A stretch of 64,000 bases of DNA from Carpediemonas membranifera BICM (Eukaryota; Protista; Fornicata): positions 1,776,871 to 1,840,870 of the forward strand of contig JAHDYR010000005.1 in assembly GCA_019828565.1 (NCBI GenBank), read 5' to 3'. This document shows, piece by piece, positions 51,851 to 62,687 of the stretch (positions within the stretch are counted from its first letter, which is position 1; every line of letters starts with the position of its first letter). The notes below the pieces were generated by a model. That model did not search any database, had not been told where the DNA came from, and saw only the letters and a program-made list of their open reading frames with translations. The translations under genes were made by a program, and so were the position numbers.

Positions 51851-54121
51851 AAAGGACAAGGAGAAACGACTGGTGATCGGAGCCATCGACTTCGAGTGCG
51901 CAGACCCTGGCGTCAAGAAGGCAGGGATCCCTGCCATCCCGGTTGAGGGCGGGATCGTACTCTTTGACCTCAGCACTGGGGACATTCTTGGACACGGGCA
52001 TGGCCTGTATTACCAGGACATACCGGCAGCAAGCATGGACCAAGCGAGGTACACGGCATGGGCAGTGACGGGGCTGCCGCCGGCCACCTTCGTGGAGGTC
52101 GGGACGGGGCGGCCGCCGATCGAGTATGAGAAGCACATACATACTTTCAGGGACTGGGCCAACCGCCTGGCGGCTCAGCTGGCAAGGATCGAAAGGTCGG
52201 AGGGTTGGAAGATAATCATGTATGCAAAGGGGGTGGAGATGGAAAGCTTCCTCCTCACGAACCCCACAAATGGACTGGAGCAAGGAACCAGGGAATTCTT
52301 CCAAGCTAGGCTGGTGGACGAGAAGAAGCTACCAGAGATCCTGGAGAACAACGGCAAGGGAGGAGGCTGGCCAAAACCTCAGGGACAACCTCGACAAGGC
52401 CAACTACCTGGAAGCAGTAACAACATGGTCAAATGGATGGCAGAACAGGAGCGAGCCCAAGGGAGTCTGTCCGTACCACAGACACACCGCGGGTTGCTAC
52501 CACTGTGGGTTGGCGGATACAGTAGTCTTCACAGCCAGGATCAGGGCCCTATGCAAGGAGAGGATGAGCACCCCAGACGTCTACCACTACATGGGTAAGG
52601 CACTCGACAAGACCATGGAAGCAGTCGGGAAGGCGGAGCCGGGCATGGATATCATGGGAGGCCCGGAATTCGCGACAAGGAGGGACACCTTTGAGATCTT
52701 CGGCACGTACCCGATCGGGGACGCAAGGGACGTCAGCAGGGAAGTCGACGACAGGATCCTCGTAGTCCCGGACAACGGACACCGCTTCGGCATCGGCTTC
52801 GGGTTCGGGGAGGTTCTGTTGGGCATGAAGGGCATCTTACTGGCCCCCCCTCACAATCATGGACAACGAAGGTGTACTGGAGAGAAGCCCGCTATGGACC
52901 ATCATGGAAAGAGCCACGGCTAACCAGCTCCGCATGGTACGCGTCAGGAAGGGCCTAGGGGCAGCAAGGGAGGAGGACATCATAACCATGGCCATGCTAT
53001 ACGAGTGGTGGCCCTCGAAGGAGGCTACGGCTCATCAAGGAGTCTGGGGCTGCGACGACCTAGCAGAGAGCCTCAGGGACTATGAGAAGGTCATAGTCAA
53101 CGTCAAGGCCCCCCAGGAACAGGGGGTAGGATCACCCTAGGGGCGAGCTTCATCCCGAGAGACTGGGGGCATGGTCAGGGTCAGCGAGGCTGGGACCATC
53201 CTAAGCCGCATGCGCAAGGAAGGGGCCAGACTAGTCTCGGCAGCTATCCCGGACGAGCCCAGAGCCAACACAGTCAATGTCCCAGGCATCACGTATGTCC
53301 CCACCATAGACGGAAAGTCCGAACAGCCATACCAAAGTAGGTTCTTCGACAACGGCCTGGAGGAAAAGGCGAGGCGGATTAGCACCAGGATGGTGGGCAG
53401 GCACTTCGGCCAGGACGCGGATCAAGGACATCACGACCAGCATGGAGACAGGGAAGAGGACAGAAGGGTAGGACACGGAGCCGGCGGTAGAGCTGGTGTC
53501 AGAGCTGACGACAGAACCGGCGACAGAGCTGGTAACATGAACAGGACCTCGGATCGTAACCACGGAGGAGACGACAGGGAGAGACAGGACAACACGGGAA
53601 CGCAGATGAGAGGCTCGTTCAGCGGGAACACCTGGGCCGGTAGAGGCTCAGAGGGAGGCATGGACAACAGCAAGGATCACTCTTCCTCCACGACGCTCAA
53701 GCGCAAGGAGGGCAGCACGAGTAGGATCATGGACTCGGACAGCGGAAAGAGAAGCAGGCACGAAGAGGACACGGACTGGGAGTCTGGAAGCAGACAGGCA
53801 ACCGGCATGGACTCGGAGAAGCTGCGGCTCCGAAAGCAGTTGGCAGAGGCGCAACAAGAGATCTCAGCGCTCAAGGCTGCCCGACTCATGCAAGAGCAAG
53901 GCCACGGAAGGTTGGTGCTCTCCGGCGTCGCGACTAAGCCCAGCAAGGAGAAGCCCACGATACCCCGGCACAAGCACAAGAAGGCTAAGAAGGCCAAGCA
54001 GATCTCACCCATGGACCTGATGACCCAGTTCATCATGGTAATGCAGAGTCTACAAGGACAGCAAGTGAGTCAGACCGAGGACAGGTGCAGCGGCAGTGGG
54101 GAGTCCACGGAGGAGGAGTAA
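51843..54121 (+). CDS. LINE accessory ORF with N-terminal Maelstrom/arenavirus-NP-like DEDDh exonuclease domain (split by indels near 52360 and 52845 and a TAG at 53138)
   Basis: IDFE, P.EGGIV.F.L..G....H, IP..A...TGLPP, MYAKG.EME..LL, CPYH......HCGLAD. Confidence 0.75.
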
Positions 54122-54451
54122 GGACATGGTAAAGCAGTATTCTTTCAAGGAACAAGCAACATTTTCTTTATAATTCACAAGCCCTGGCTCCCACCCAGGG
54201 CCCGGCATTAGCTGAAATGCACTGCCGGTAGGCTGTAGCGGCAGCCAAAGGGGGGTCACGTCATATCGTCCCCTCCTAAGTACCCTGCCCGAAGAATGGA
54301 AGGTCACCAGGTGGTAACAAGGTTGGCCTGACAAGGGTCACCGAGACCGGCATCTAGGCCCCTTGTTAGGACAAGGATAGCAGGAGAGGAGCGGGAAGCT
54401 GGGGCTCCCAAATTCTGGGAATTCGCAGGATAAGGAAACAGGACAAAGGCA

Positions 54452-57400
54452 ATGGTAACCTACAAGATACTTAGTCTGAACACAGAGGGACACATAGGAA
54501 GAGGAAAGGACTTCACGGCGTCTATGGCAACGGCGATTCAGCTAAGGTTGAAGGACATAGAGGCAGTACTCATACAAGAGACATGGAGAACGGCGAATAC
54601 GAGGGTTCATTGCTTCATGGACCTTGACTACGCACTAGCAGGGAGGGAGACGGAAGAGGACCTGGTCTTAGCCAACGAAAAACGAAAGGCGGATGTCAAA
54701 AGTCAGCACCGCATCAACCGACAACTAGGCATAGCAGGCAATGACGAACCTGCGCCAAGATGGAAGGGAACAAGGGAAGGCATCGGCACGATAGTGAGCC
54801 CACACGCAACTGCAAAGTGGGACATCGGCATAACGGACAGCCTATCGGGAAGAGTGCAAGCCAGCATAATGAGAACCGGCAGGGACATACTAGTCATCAA
54901 CGTGTATGGCCCTCCATCCGGCCACAGCAAGCAGGAGAAGGATGGATTCAGGGACACTATACAGAAGATCATGGACATGAAAGGGAGCATGGAGGCCATA
55001 ATTATGGGAGACTGGAACATCGACCCAGGCCAGATGGAAAGATCCACCCGGTGGAAGGATATGATGGAGAAGCACAGGCTCAAAGCCATCATACCCAAGT
55101 CTGGGACGCTCACATCAGGAACATCAACCCCGGACTTTGCAGTGACAACACCAGGAATCCAGGGGGCGGAGATTGAGGTGGTAGAGTCTCAGAAGGTCGG
55201 GGTATGGGGCTCAGCACACAATGGAATCACACTAGCATGGAAGGAACAACGGTACTATGGCAGAAGTGAGCGAGACGTGGCTCTGGCCATACCCGAGGTG
55301 CACACCTGGCCCATGAAAAGAAGGAGGGGCCAGTCACAGTCTCAAAGCTGAACAGGATCAAGAGCTCGGACCAATGGGAAGAGACTATAAGAGCATGCAT
55401 GGGCGACCCAGTGAACAACAGGGGAGCAAAGGCAAGGGACAAAGTGTTCGGGAACGGAGTGTGGAGCGAACTCCAGCGAACCCCATGGACAGAAATAGGC
55501 AACAGGACCAGGAAGGAAAAGGATGAAAGAGGAGCTGGAGAAATACTGGGGAGAGCGCAGGGCCAAATGGGTGGCCGACATCAGCAGAAGTGCAAAAAGG
55601 GGGTATAGGGCCTCAAGGGCCTCAGTGGAAGCTGCCATCAGAAGGTGGTGGTGTGACAACCAATACAAGGGAATGCCGGAGAGCCTCCTCAAGGACGGAG
55701 TGATAACCACGGACAAGGCGGCCATCAGCGAGATCCTCTTGCAACAGTATGCTAGAGTCAGCAGAGGCAGGGAACCCACCTGGAAGACATGGAGGGGCAG
55801 GGACGGAAATGAGTTCAAGGAAAGCGAGGTCAAAGCCGCAATCAAAAGGATCAGGAGGGACACCGCACCAGGGCCTGACCTCACATCTGGAGACATGCTG
55901 AGAGAGCTGGATGAGAAAGGCCTTAGGGAAGTGACGAGGCTCATCAACAGGGTCTACAGGGAGGGCGACGTACCCAAAGCATGGAAGTATGCCACAGTGT
56001 CGGCCATACACAAGACAGGGAAGCCAAGGGTCAAGCTGGAATCATATAGACCAATATCCTTGACACCACTGCTGTACAGGGTCTATGGTAGATTGCTCAA
56101 GATACGTCTGGAAGCAGCAACGAAAAGGTTCATACCAAGAGAACAGGCTGGTTTCCAGTCAGACAGGGACGTCATCCAGCAGATACAGTACATTGTGCAG
56201 CGGCACCAGGAGGGGGTGAGACCACGTCAATCTTTCTGGACATCGAGAAGGCATATGACACGGTACCAAGGGACATTCTCATGGATAAGCTACAGGGTAT
56301 GGGGGTGGAGGAGCACTTGATCAGGGCAATTCAAGGCACAATAAAGGAAACCTGGATATCAGTCAAGGGGGCAAAGGCATGGGAAAGAACCAACAGGGGA
56401 GTTAAGCAAGGGTGCGTCCTGGCACCGACACTGTTTGTGCTGTTCATGGCTAACTGGCCCCACCTGGCCAGAAAGAAAAATCAAGGGAGAACGGTACGAC
56501 ATCAGAGAACCGCCAAGGACCACGAGCCACCTCAGCGACCGACTACCGGCAGCACTTACCATGTTTGTGGATGACACTGCGGTCACAGGGAGCAAGCCGG
56601 AGCATAGCCAGATGGTCGCCAACATAATGGTGGACATAATCAGAGAGCATGAAATGAGGGTGAACGCCCAGAAGAATGTAATGATTAGCGTGGACAGAAC
56701 AGCCCTAGTCAGGATCGAGGGGGTAACACTACTGCCAGAGAAGGAGGCGAGATACCTGGGATTATGGATCGCAAGTGGGAAGGACCCTATGTCGGCCTGC
56801 ATAAGGCGGAAACAGGAGCAGAGCGAAAGGTACAAGAGACTGGTGAGATGGGCAGGGTGGACCAGGGCAAACATGCCAGCACTAGCGAGCAGGCTACTAC
56901 TGGAAATATATATATGGCCCAGGATCCTCTTCGGAGTCGAGGTGTGGGGGAACGCACCGGGAGGTAGAAGGATCTGGAATGACTGGCAGGGAATCATGGC
57001 AGGAACAGGACCGGGAGGGGGCGCAGCCATGAGGCTGATGAATGGATGGGTGGACCTCCAGGCACACATGGAATGGCTGGCAGTCAAAAGGATAGTCAAC
57101 TACAGGGACCAGGATATACCAGTCAGAAACAGAGAATGGGGGCGGGGCACGGTTATGTGGGAAGCTAGGGAGAGAGTGCAGCATCTACTGGAGGGCACCA
57201 GAGAGGGAGCCCCTAAACCAGCGCTACTGGATTATGGCATGGAAACGATCAGGAGGGGGTGGATGAAGCGGTGCAAAAGCCGTACGGCACTAGGACTAAT
57301 GGAAATCATGGGGACAAGGAAATTAAGCAAGTGTCTGCAAGGTAAGCCTACGGTAGACCGAAAGGCTGGGAAGGGGCAAAGCAGGGCGGAATGGAAGAGA

Positions 57401-57894
57401 ATTGTATCCATTGCAGCCAATGTCAGCCCATCCCCATCGTCGGCAGAGAGAGGGAGGGCCCTATGAGAGCCATCACAGAGCTGGCCCAAGGCGCTGACCT
57501 GAAGAGAGAAATTAGCAGACTATGCCCCCTATGCTCGGAGGAGTCGGAGGTGAGCCTGTTCTACAGGATCATTAGGGAAAAGCCAGGACCAGCAAGGAAG
57601 CAGGAAATGATCAGGGAGTGGGCAGAGGGCCAGAGGCTAGGATCGGCAGCGCACATAATCTGTGAATGCCCGGCAGTAGACAGGGGAGAAGCTTGGACAA
57701 AGCTGTGGACAGCAGCGAAGCACAAAACTAAGGACTTGGAAGTAAGGCAGGGCCCCCAGGGCGAATGGTACCAGGAAAGACCCATCCTAGAATTACAGCA
57801 ACTAATAATATGGGGCTCGGAGGACATTTGGGAAGGCCTCACGGCAGGACTACGGGAACTGGCAAAGGTTTACAACAGCTTCAAGGTGGAATAG
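54452..57894 (+). CDS. LINE pol: APE endonuclease + RT + CCHC (several single-base frameshifts)
   Basis: APE: SLN..G, IQET, NVYGP, GDWN, PDF, SAH. RT: APGPD, YRPISL, EQAGF, FLDIEKAYD, GVKQG..LAP.LF, FVDD, RYLG. CCHC: CPLC...HIICEC. Confidence 0.9.
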
Positions 57895-58865
57895 AAGCAT
57901 GTCATGAACCCCTGACTCCAGGACCGGGAAGGGATGGACAAGGAATCAGCCATGGACCACCCTCGCTGGTGCTAAGCTCCTGGGATCAGTGAGGAAAGGC
58001 CCCACGTATCCCGGTAGCCAGGAACCAAAGCAAGGGAAGGAACGACTGCAAGGAAAGAACAGGAAGGACAGACCAGAAATAAGAAAGAAAGGACATGCGA
58101 CAAGGACAGAGCAAGGATAAGGTCAAGGAAATCCATATTCATATGGTTGCACCACTCGTTGGGACCCCAAGGAAACTGCAGGGACTGGCCACGGGGGTCG
58201 GAGGGGCACAGGTGCCCCTGCCGCCCTTGTTAACGACATGGGAAACCAAGGACATGTAGTGCAAGCGAAATGTTGTAAGGGGTAACAGGACAACCAGGCC
58301 TAGTGCCTGGGGGTACACCACCCATGCCCTGACCCACGCCACCTAACCGGGGTAGACAGCATGGACTTAGTCACTTTCCCCGCCTTCGGGTAGGCTTCCT
58401 AACAGAGTCGAGGGGGCATGGAATTGGGGAACCGGACAGACGAGAGGGTGCCGTGGCTGAACGGCTCTACAAGGACTGCAGGGAAGCAAGGAGTGTCATA
58501 GTCAAGGTTCTGCAGGACGATCCTGCCTGTCAATGCCCCGAGGACAGACCCCCAGGCTCCCCGGATAGTTGCCGGACTTTCAGGGAGACAGGAAAGCATA
58601 TTTGCACGGAGATGGCCGCAGGGCCTCTGGGGCGATTGGAATCGGCTTTCCGCGGAGACAGTAGCACCGAAAGCCCAAGGCAAACGCTGCTGACCAGTTT
58701 GCCACGGGAAATAGGCAGTACCCCGGGGCACTCAGTTCCAAGACAACGGGAAACAAGCTCAGTCCGGGGTCAGAATCCAAGCACCATAAATTTCTTTCTT
58801 TCCTCTTCTACCCCCCCTCCCAGGAGGACCGCCCGGTCCGAGAGACCCTCCCACAGGAGGACTAG

Positions 58866-59200
58866 AAGGCAGCCGAGCAGGCCAAGGTCTGGACCCGCGA
58901 CCAGCAAAGGAGAAGGGAACCCAAGGGGCTGTGCCCCTATCACAGAAACACACTAGCCTACTGTCACTGTGCGCTTGCGGATGTATCGCTCTTCTACACA
59001 AGACTCTCCCTGGCCATCCACGTGCTGTACAACCCGTGGACCTGGGCTGATGTAGGAGCGGAACTAATCGCACGGGGAGGGAAAGTGACGGGGGCACAAA
59101 GCCCCATCATCAGAGTAGGACACGGGGCCCCGGACCTGGCTGAAGAGATCAACCTCTATAGAGGGCGAGAGGTCATCACACCCCTAGGGCAATTACAGCA
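58866..59200 (+). pseudogene. Fragment of a diverged paralogous Maelstrom-like ORF, in frame with downstream Gypsy gag
   Basis: EPKGLCPYHRNTLAYCHCALADVSLFYTRL aligns with EPKGVCPYHRHTAGCYHCGLADTVVFTARI at ~52453-52545. Boundaries approximate. Confidence 0.72.
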
Positions 59201-60931
59201 TGTGATCTTTACCACCATGGGCTCCATCGAGCGTGCGACCCGCATTCTGATCGCCAGCTTCCGCAATCGCATGCGACTATTCGATTCCCTTCCTGCCGGT
59301 GAAGACCTGCCAGAGGCAACCACGGAGGAGGATGTGACCTCCAGACGTCATCGCTTCGAACAGATCTGTAGCAGACTGCTCGTCGACGCCCTCCAGCGGC
59401 CTAAGGCCCTGAAGACTAAGACGAGATGGATCTCGCTCCTATGGGGCGACGACTCCTTCGATGACACCGTCAAGTCGGCGGTCAAGGCTGCTAAGTTCCT
59501 CGACCGCCAGGGTCCACCCAGGGCTCCGAGGGCCCACGCCCCGGCTCCAGCCGGCCACGTGAAGCGTGTGGGCCGAGGCCCTACGCATCCCGCTAACGGC
59601 CCGCGCCCTTAGGGCCACAACCTCCCCAGACCTCAGGGTCAGCGCCCTTCGGGCCAGCAGGCTCCTCAGCCCCTTACCAGACCCTGCAAGTTTTGTCAGG
59701 GCTGGCATAAGGACTACCGCTGCCCTCAGCACCCGAAGTTCGCCGCTGAGGAACGCCAGGCTCAGGCCAACGCGGCCCAGACTTCGTCTGTCGATCCTAT
59801 GACCACCACGGCAACTATAAAAGGCCGTGAGTATTCTTTCACTGTCGACACTGGGGCAAGTATATGCTTTATGAGCCAGAAGGCTGTACGCCAGCTACCC
59901 AGAGACGCTGTATCAGTTGACACCGGAGAGTGGATCACTGTGACCCTAGGGGACAACCACAAGGTTTGGACGAACCAAGTAGCTACGCTCACCTTCCGTC
60001 TAGAACGGCTCGGCCCAGTGCCCATTACGACGACCTGGAAGTTCTATGTGCTTCCAGGCGAAGCCTTCAAGGTTCTATTGGGCTGCGACCTTCTTAGGTC
60101 ACTCAAGTTCATCGACGATGAGACACTCAACTTCAACCTCGAAAAGCTAGGCTCAGAGGACGAATCAGAGTGGGTTCCATTCACTCACAGGTACCTCGAC
60201 GAAGACCTGAACACAGCTGAGGTGGAAGAGAACCACCCGGATATTCCGGACTCAGCAATAAAGCCCCAGCTCGAAGAGCTCGTGGCCGCTTTCCCCGATA
60301 TTTGGGAAGAGTCTCTCCCCGCAGAAGGGTCTAACCTGGAGGAGATGACTATAGAGCTCGTAAACGAGCGGGACATTGTCCAGGCAAGAGCTAGAGGCCT
60401 TGCCGACGCGACAGCGACGCTTGTGGCGACCGAGCTCGAGGCTCTTTGGAGATCTGGGATCATCCGAGAGTCTCGAGGCCCTTACAGCTCCCCCATAGTG
60501 GTTGTGAAGAAAGGTCACAAGGGCTCCCAGAAAATCAGACTCTGCGTTGATTACAAAGAGCTGAACGACCTAACGATCAAGGACAAGTTCCCGATTCCAA
60601 ATGTTAGACATTTCGTGGATCGCGCGGCAGGCTGCAAATACTTTGCCTAGACCTTAGGCAGGGGTACTATCAGATGAACATGAGTGAAAAGGATATTCCT
60701 AAGACCGCGTTCGTTATCCCTGACTCGTACTTCGAGTTCACTAGGTGTCCTTTTGGTCTGACGAACGCTCCCTCAAGGTTCCAGCGTGCTTTGCAGCGGG
60801 CCTTTGCGGAAGTCCTTCATAAAGGAGTCGACATATACCTTGATGATATCATGGTATATGCTCGCTCGGAGGACGAGTTCGTCGCCCTGATAGAGAAAGT
60901 CTTCTCCATCTGCCGCGAGTACAAGCTACGC
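59200..60931 (+). pseudogene. Gypsy gag C-terminus, protease and RT N-terminal part (TAG at 59610, frameshift ~60648)
   Basis: Zinc knuckle, DTGAS and RT motifs; YFA..DLRQGYYQ is broken by a small deletion. Confidence 0.85.
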
Positions 60932-62429
60932 CATGGGGACAAGGAAATTAAGCAAGTGTCTGCAAGGTAAGCCTACGGTAGACCGAAAGGCTGGGAAGGG
61001 GCAAAGCAGGGCGGAATGGAAGAGAATTGTATCCATTGCAGCCAATGTCAGCCCATCCCCATCGTCGGCAGAGAGAGGGGAGGGCCCTATGAGAGCCATC
61101 ACAGAGCTGGCCCAAGGCGCTGACCTGAAGAGAGAAATTAGCAGACTATGCCCCCTATGCTCGGAGGAGTCGGAGGTGAGCCTGTTCTACAGGATCATTA
61201 GGGAAAAGCCAGGAGCAGCAAGGAAGCAGGAAATGATCAGGGAGTGGGCAGAGGGCCAGAGGCTAGGATCGGCAGCGCACATAATCTGTGAATGCCCGGC
61301 AGTAGACAGGGGAGAAGCTTGGACAAAGCTGTGGACAGCAGCGAAGCACAAAACTAAGGACTTGGAAGTAAGGCAGGGCCCCCAGGGCGAATGGTACCAG
61401 GAAAGACCCATCCTAGAATTACAGCAACTAATAATATGGGGCTCGGAGGACATTTGGGAAGGCCTCACGGCAGGACTACGGGAACTGGCAAAGGTTTACA
61501 ACAGCTTCAAGGTGGAATAGAAGCATGTCATGAACCCCTGACTCCAGGACCGGGAAGGGATGGACAAGGAATCAGCCATGGACCACCCTCGCTGGTGCTA
61601 AGCTCCTGGGATCAGTGAGGAAAGGCCCCACGTATCCCGGTAGCCAGGAACCAAAAGCAAGGGAAGGAACGACTGCAAGGAAAGAACAGGAAGGACAGAC
61701 CAGAAATAAGAAAGAAAGGACATGCGACAAGGACAGAGCAAGGATAAGGTCAAGGAAATCCATATTCATATGGTTGCACCACTCGTTGGGACCCCAAGGA
61801 AACTGCAGGGACTGGCCACGGGGGTCGGAGGGGCACAGGTGCCCCTGCCGCCCTTGTTAACGACATGGGAAACCAAGGAAATGTAGTGCAAGCGAAATGT
61901 TGTAAGGGGTAACAGGACAACCAGGCCTAGTGCCTGGGGGTACACCACCCATGCCCTGACCCACGCCACCTAACCGGGGTAGACAGCATGGACTTAGTCA
62001 CTTTCCCCGCCTTCGGGTAGGCTTCTTAACAGAGTCGAGGGGGCATGGAATTGGGGAACCGGACAGACGAGAGGGTGCCGTGGCTGAACGGCTCTACAAG
62101 GACTGCAGGGAAGCAAGGAGTGTCATAGTCAAGGTTCTGCAGGACGATCCTGCCTGTCAATGCCCCGAGGACAGACCCCCAGGCTCCCCGGATAGTTGCC
62201 GGACTTTCAGGGAGACAGGAAAGCATATTTGCACGGAGATGGCCGCAGGGCCTCTGGGGCGATTGGAATCGGCTTTCCGCGGAGACAGTAGCACCGAAAG
62301 CCCAAGGCAAACGCTGCTGACCAGTTTGCCACGGGAAATAGGCAGTACCCCGGGGCACTCAGTTCCAAGACAACGGGAAACAAGCTCAGTCCGGGGTCAG
62401 AATCCAAGCACCATAAATTTCTTTCTTTC
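60932..62429 (+). mobile_element. 5'-truncated copy of the 50141-58802 LINE
   Basis: Near-identical to 57307-58802; 16-bp TSD CGAGTACAAGCTACGC at 60916-60931 and 62430-62445; same (TTTC)3 end. Confidence 0.95.
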
Positions 62430-62687
62430 CGAGTACAAGCTACGCTTGAAAGCAGGCAAGTGCAAAATTGGCACGGACGACGTGGAGGCCGTGGGCTATA
62501 TCGTCTCTGAGAGAGGGAAGCAGCTGGCTCCATCCCGTGTACAGGCGATCTGGGATATTCCCGTCCCTGAGACGGCTAAGTCGCTCCAGAGGGTGCTAGG
62601 TTCATTCAACTACGTTGCGCAGTTCGTCGAAGACGCTGCCCGGACACTACGTCCCCTGAACCACCTACTCACCACCGCCTTAAAGGT
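62430..62687 (+). pseudogene. Gypsy RT C-terminal/thumb fragment
   Basis: LRLKAGKC...VEAVGYIVS..G...V.AI..IPVPET.K.LQR.LG.FNY...FV. Confidence 0.88.

Larger units (their letters stand above)
50141..58802 (+). mobile_element. Full-length 8.66-kb APE-type LINE with three coding modules (ORF1, Maelstrom-like ORF, APE-RT-CCHC)
   Basis: 14-bp TSD CTCTTCTACCCCCC at 50127-50140 and 58803-58816; 3' end ATAAA(TTTC)3; purine-rich plus strand throughout. Confidence 0.9.

Noticed and set aside
57945-57990. HDV-like ribozyme (CCCTCGCTGG resembles the HDV L3/P3)
   Set aside because: P1 and P1.1 pairings cannot be formed, and there is no J4/2-P2 closure.
58335-58420. Twister-like ribozyme (CCTAA...GAGGGGGC)
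   Set aside because: I could not build the P2/P4 stems or the pseudoknots; only fragments of the motif are present.
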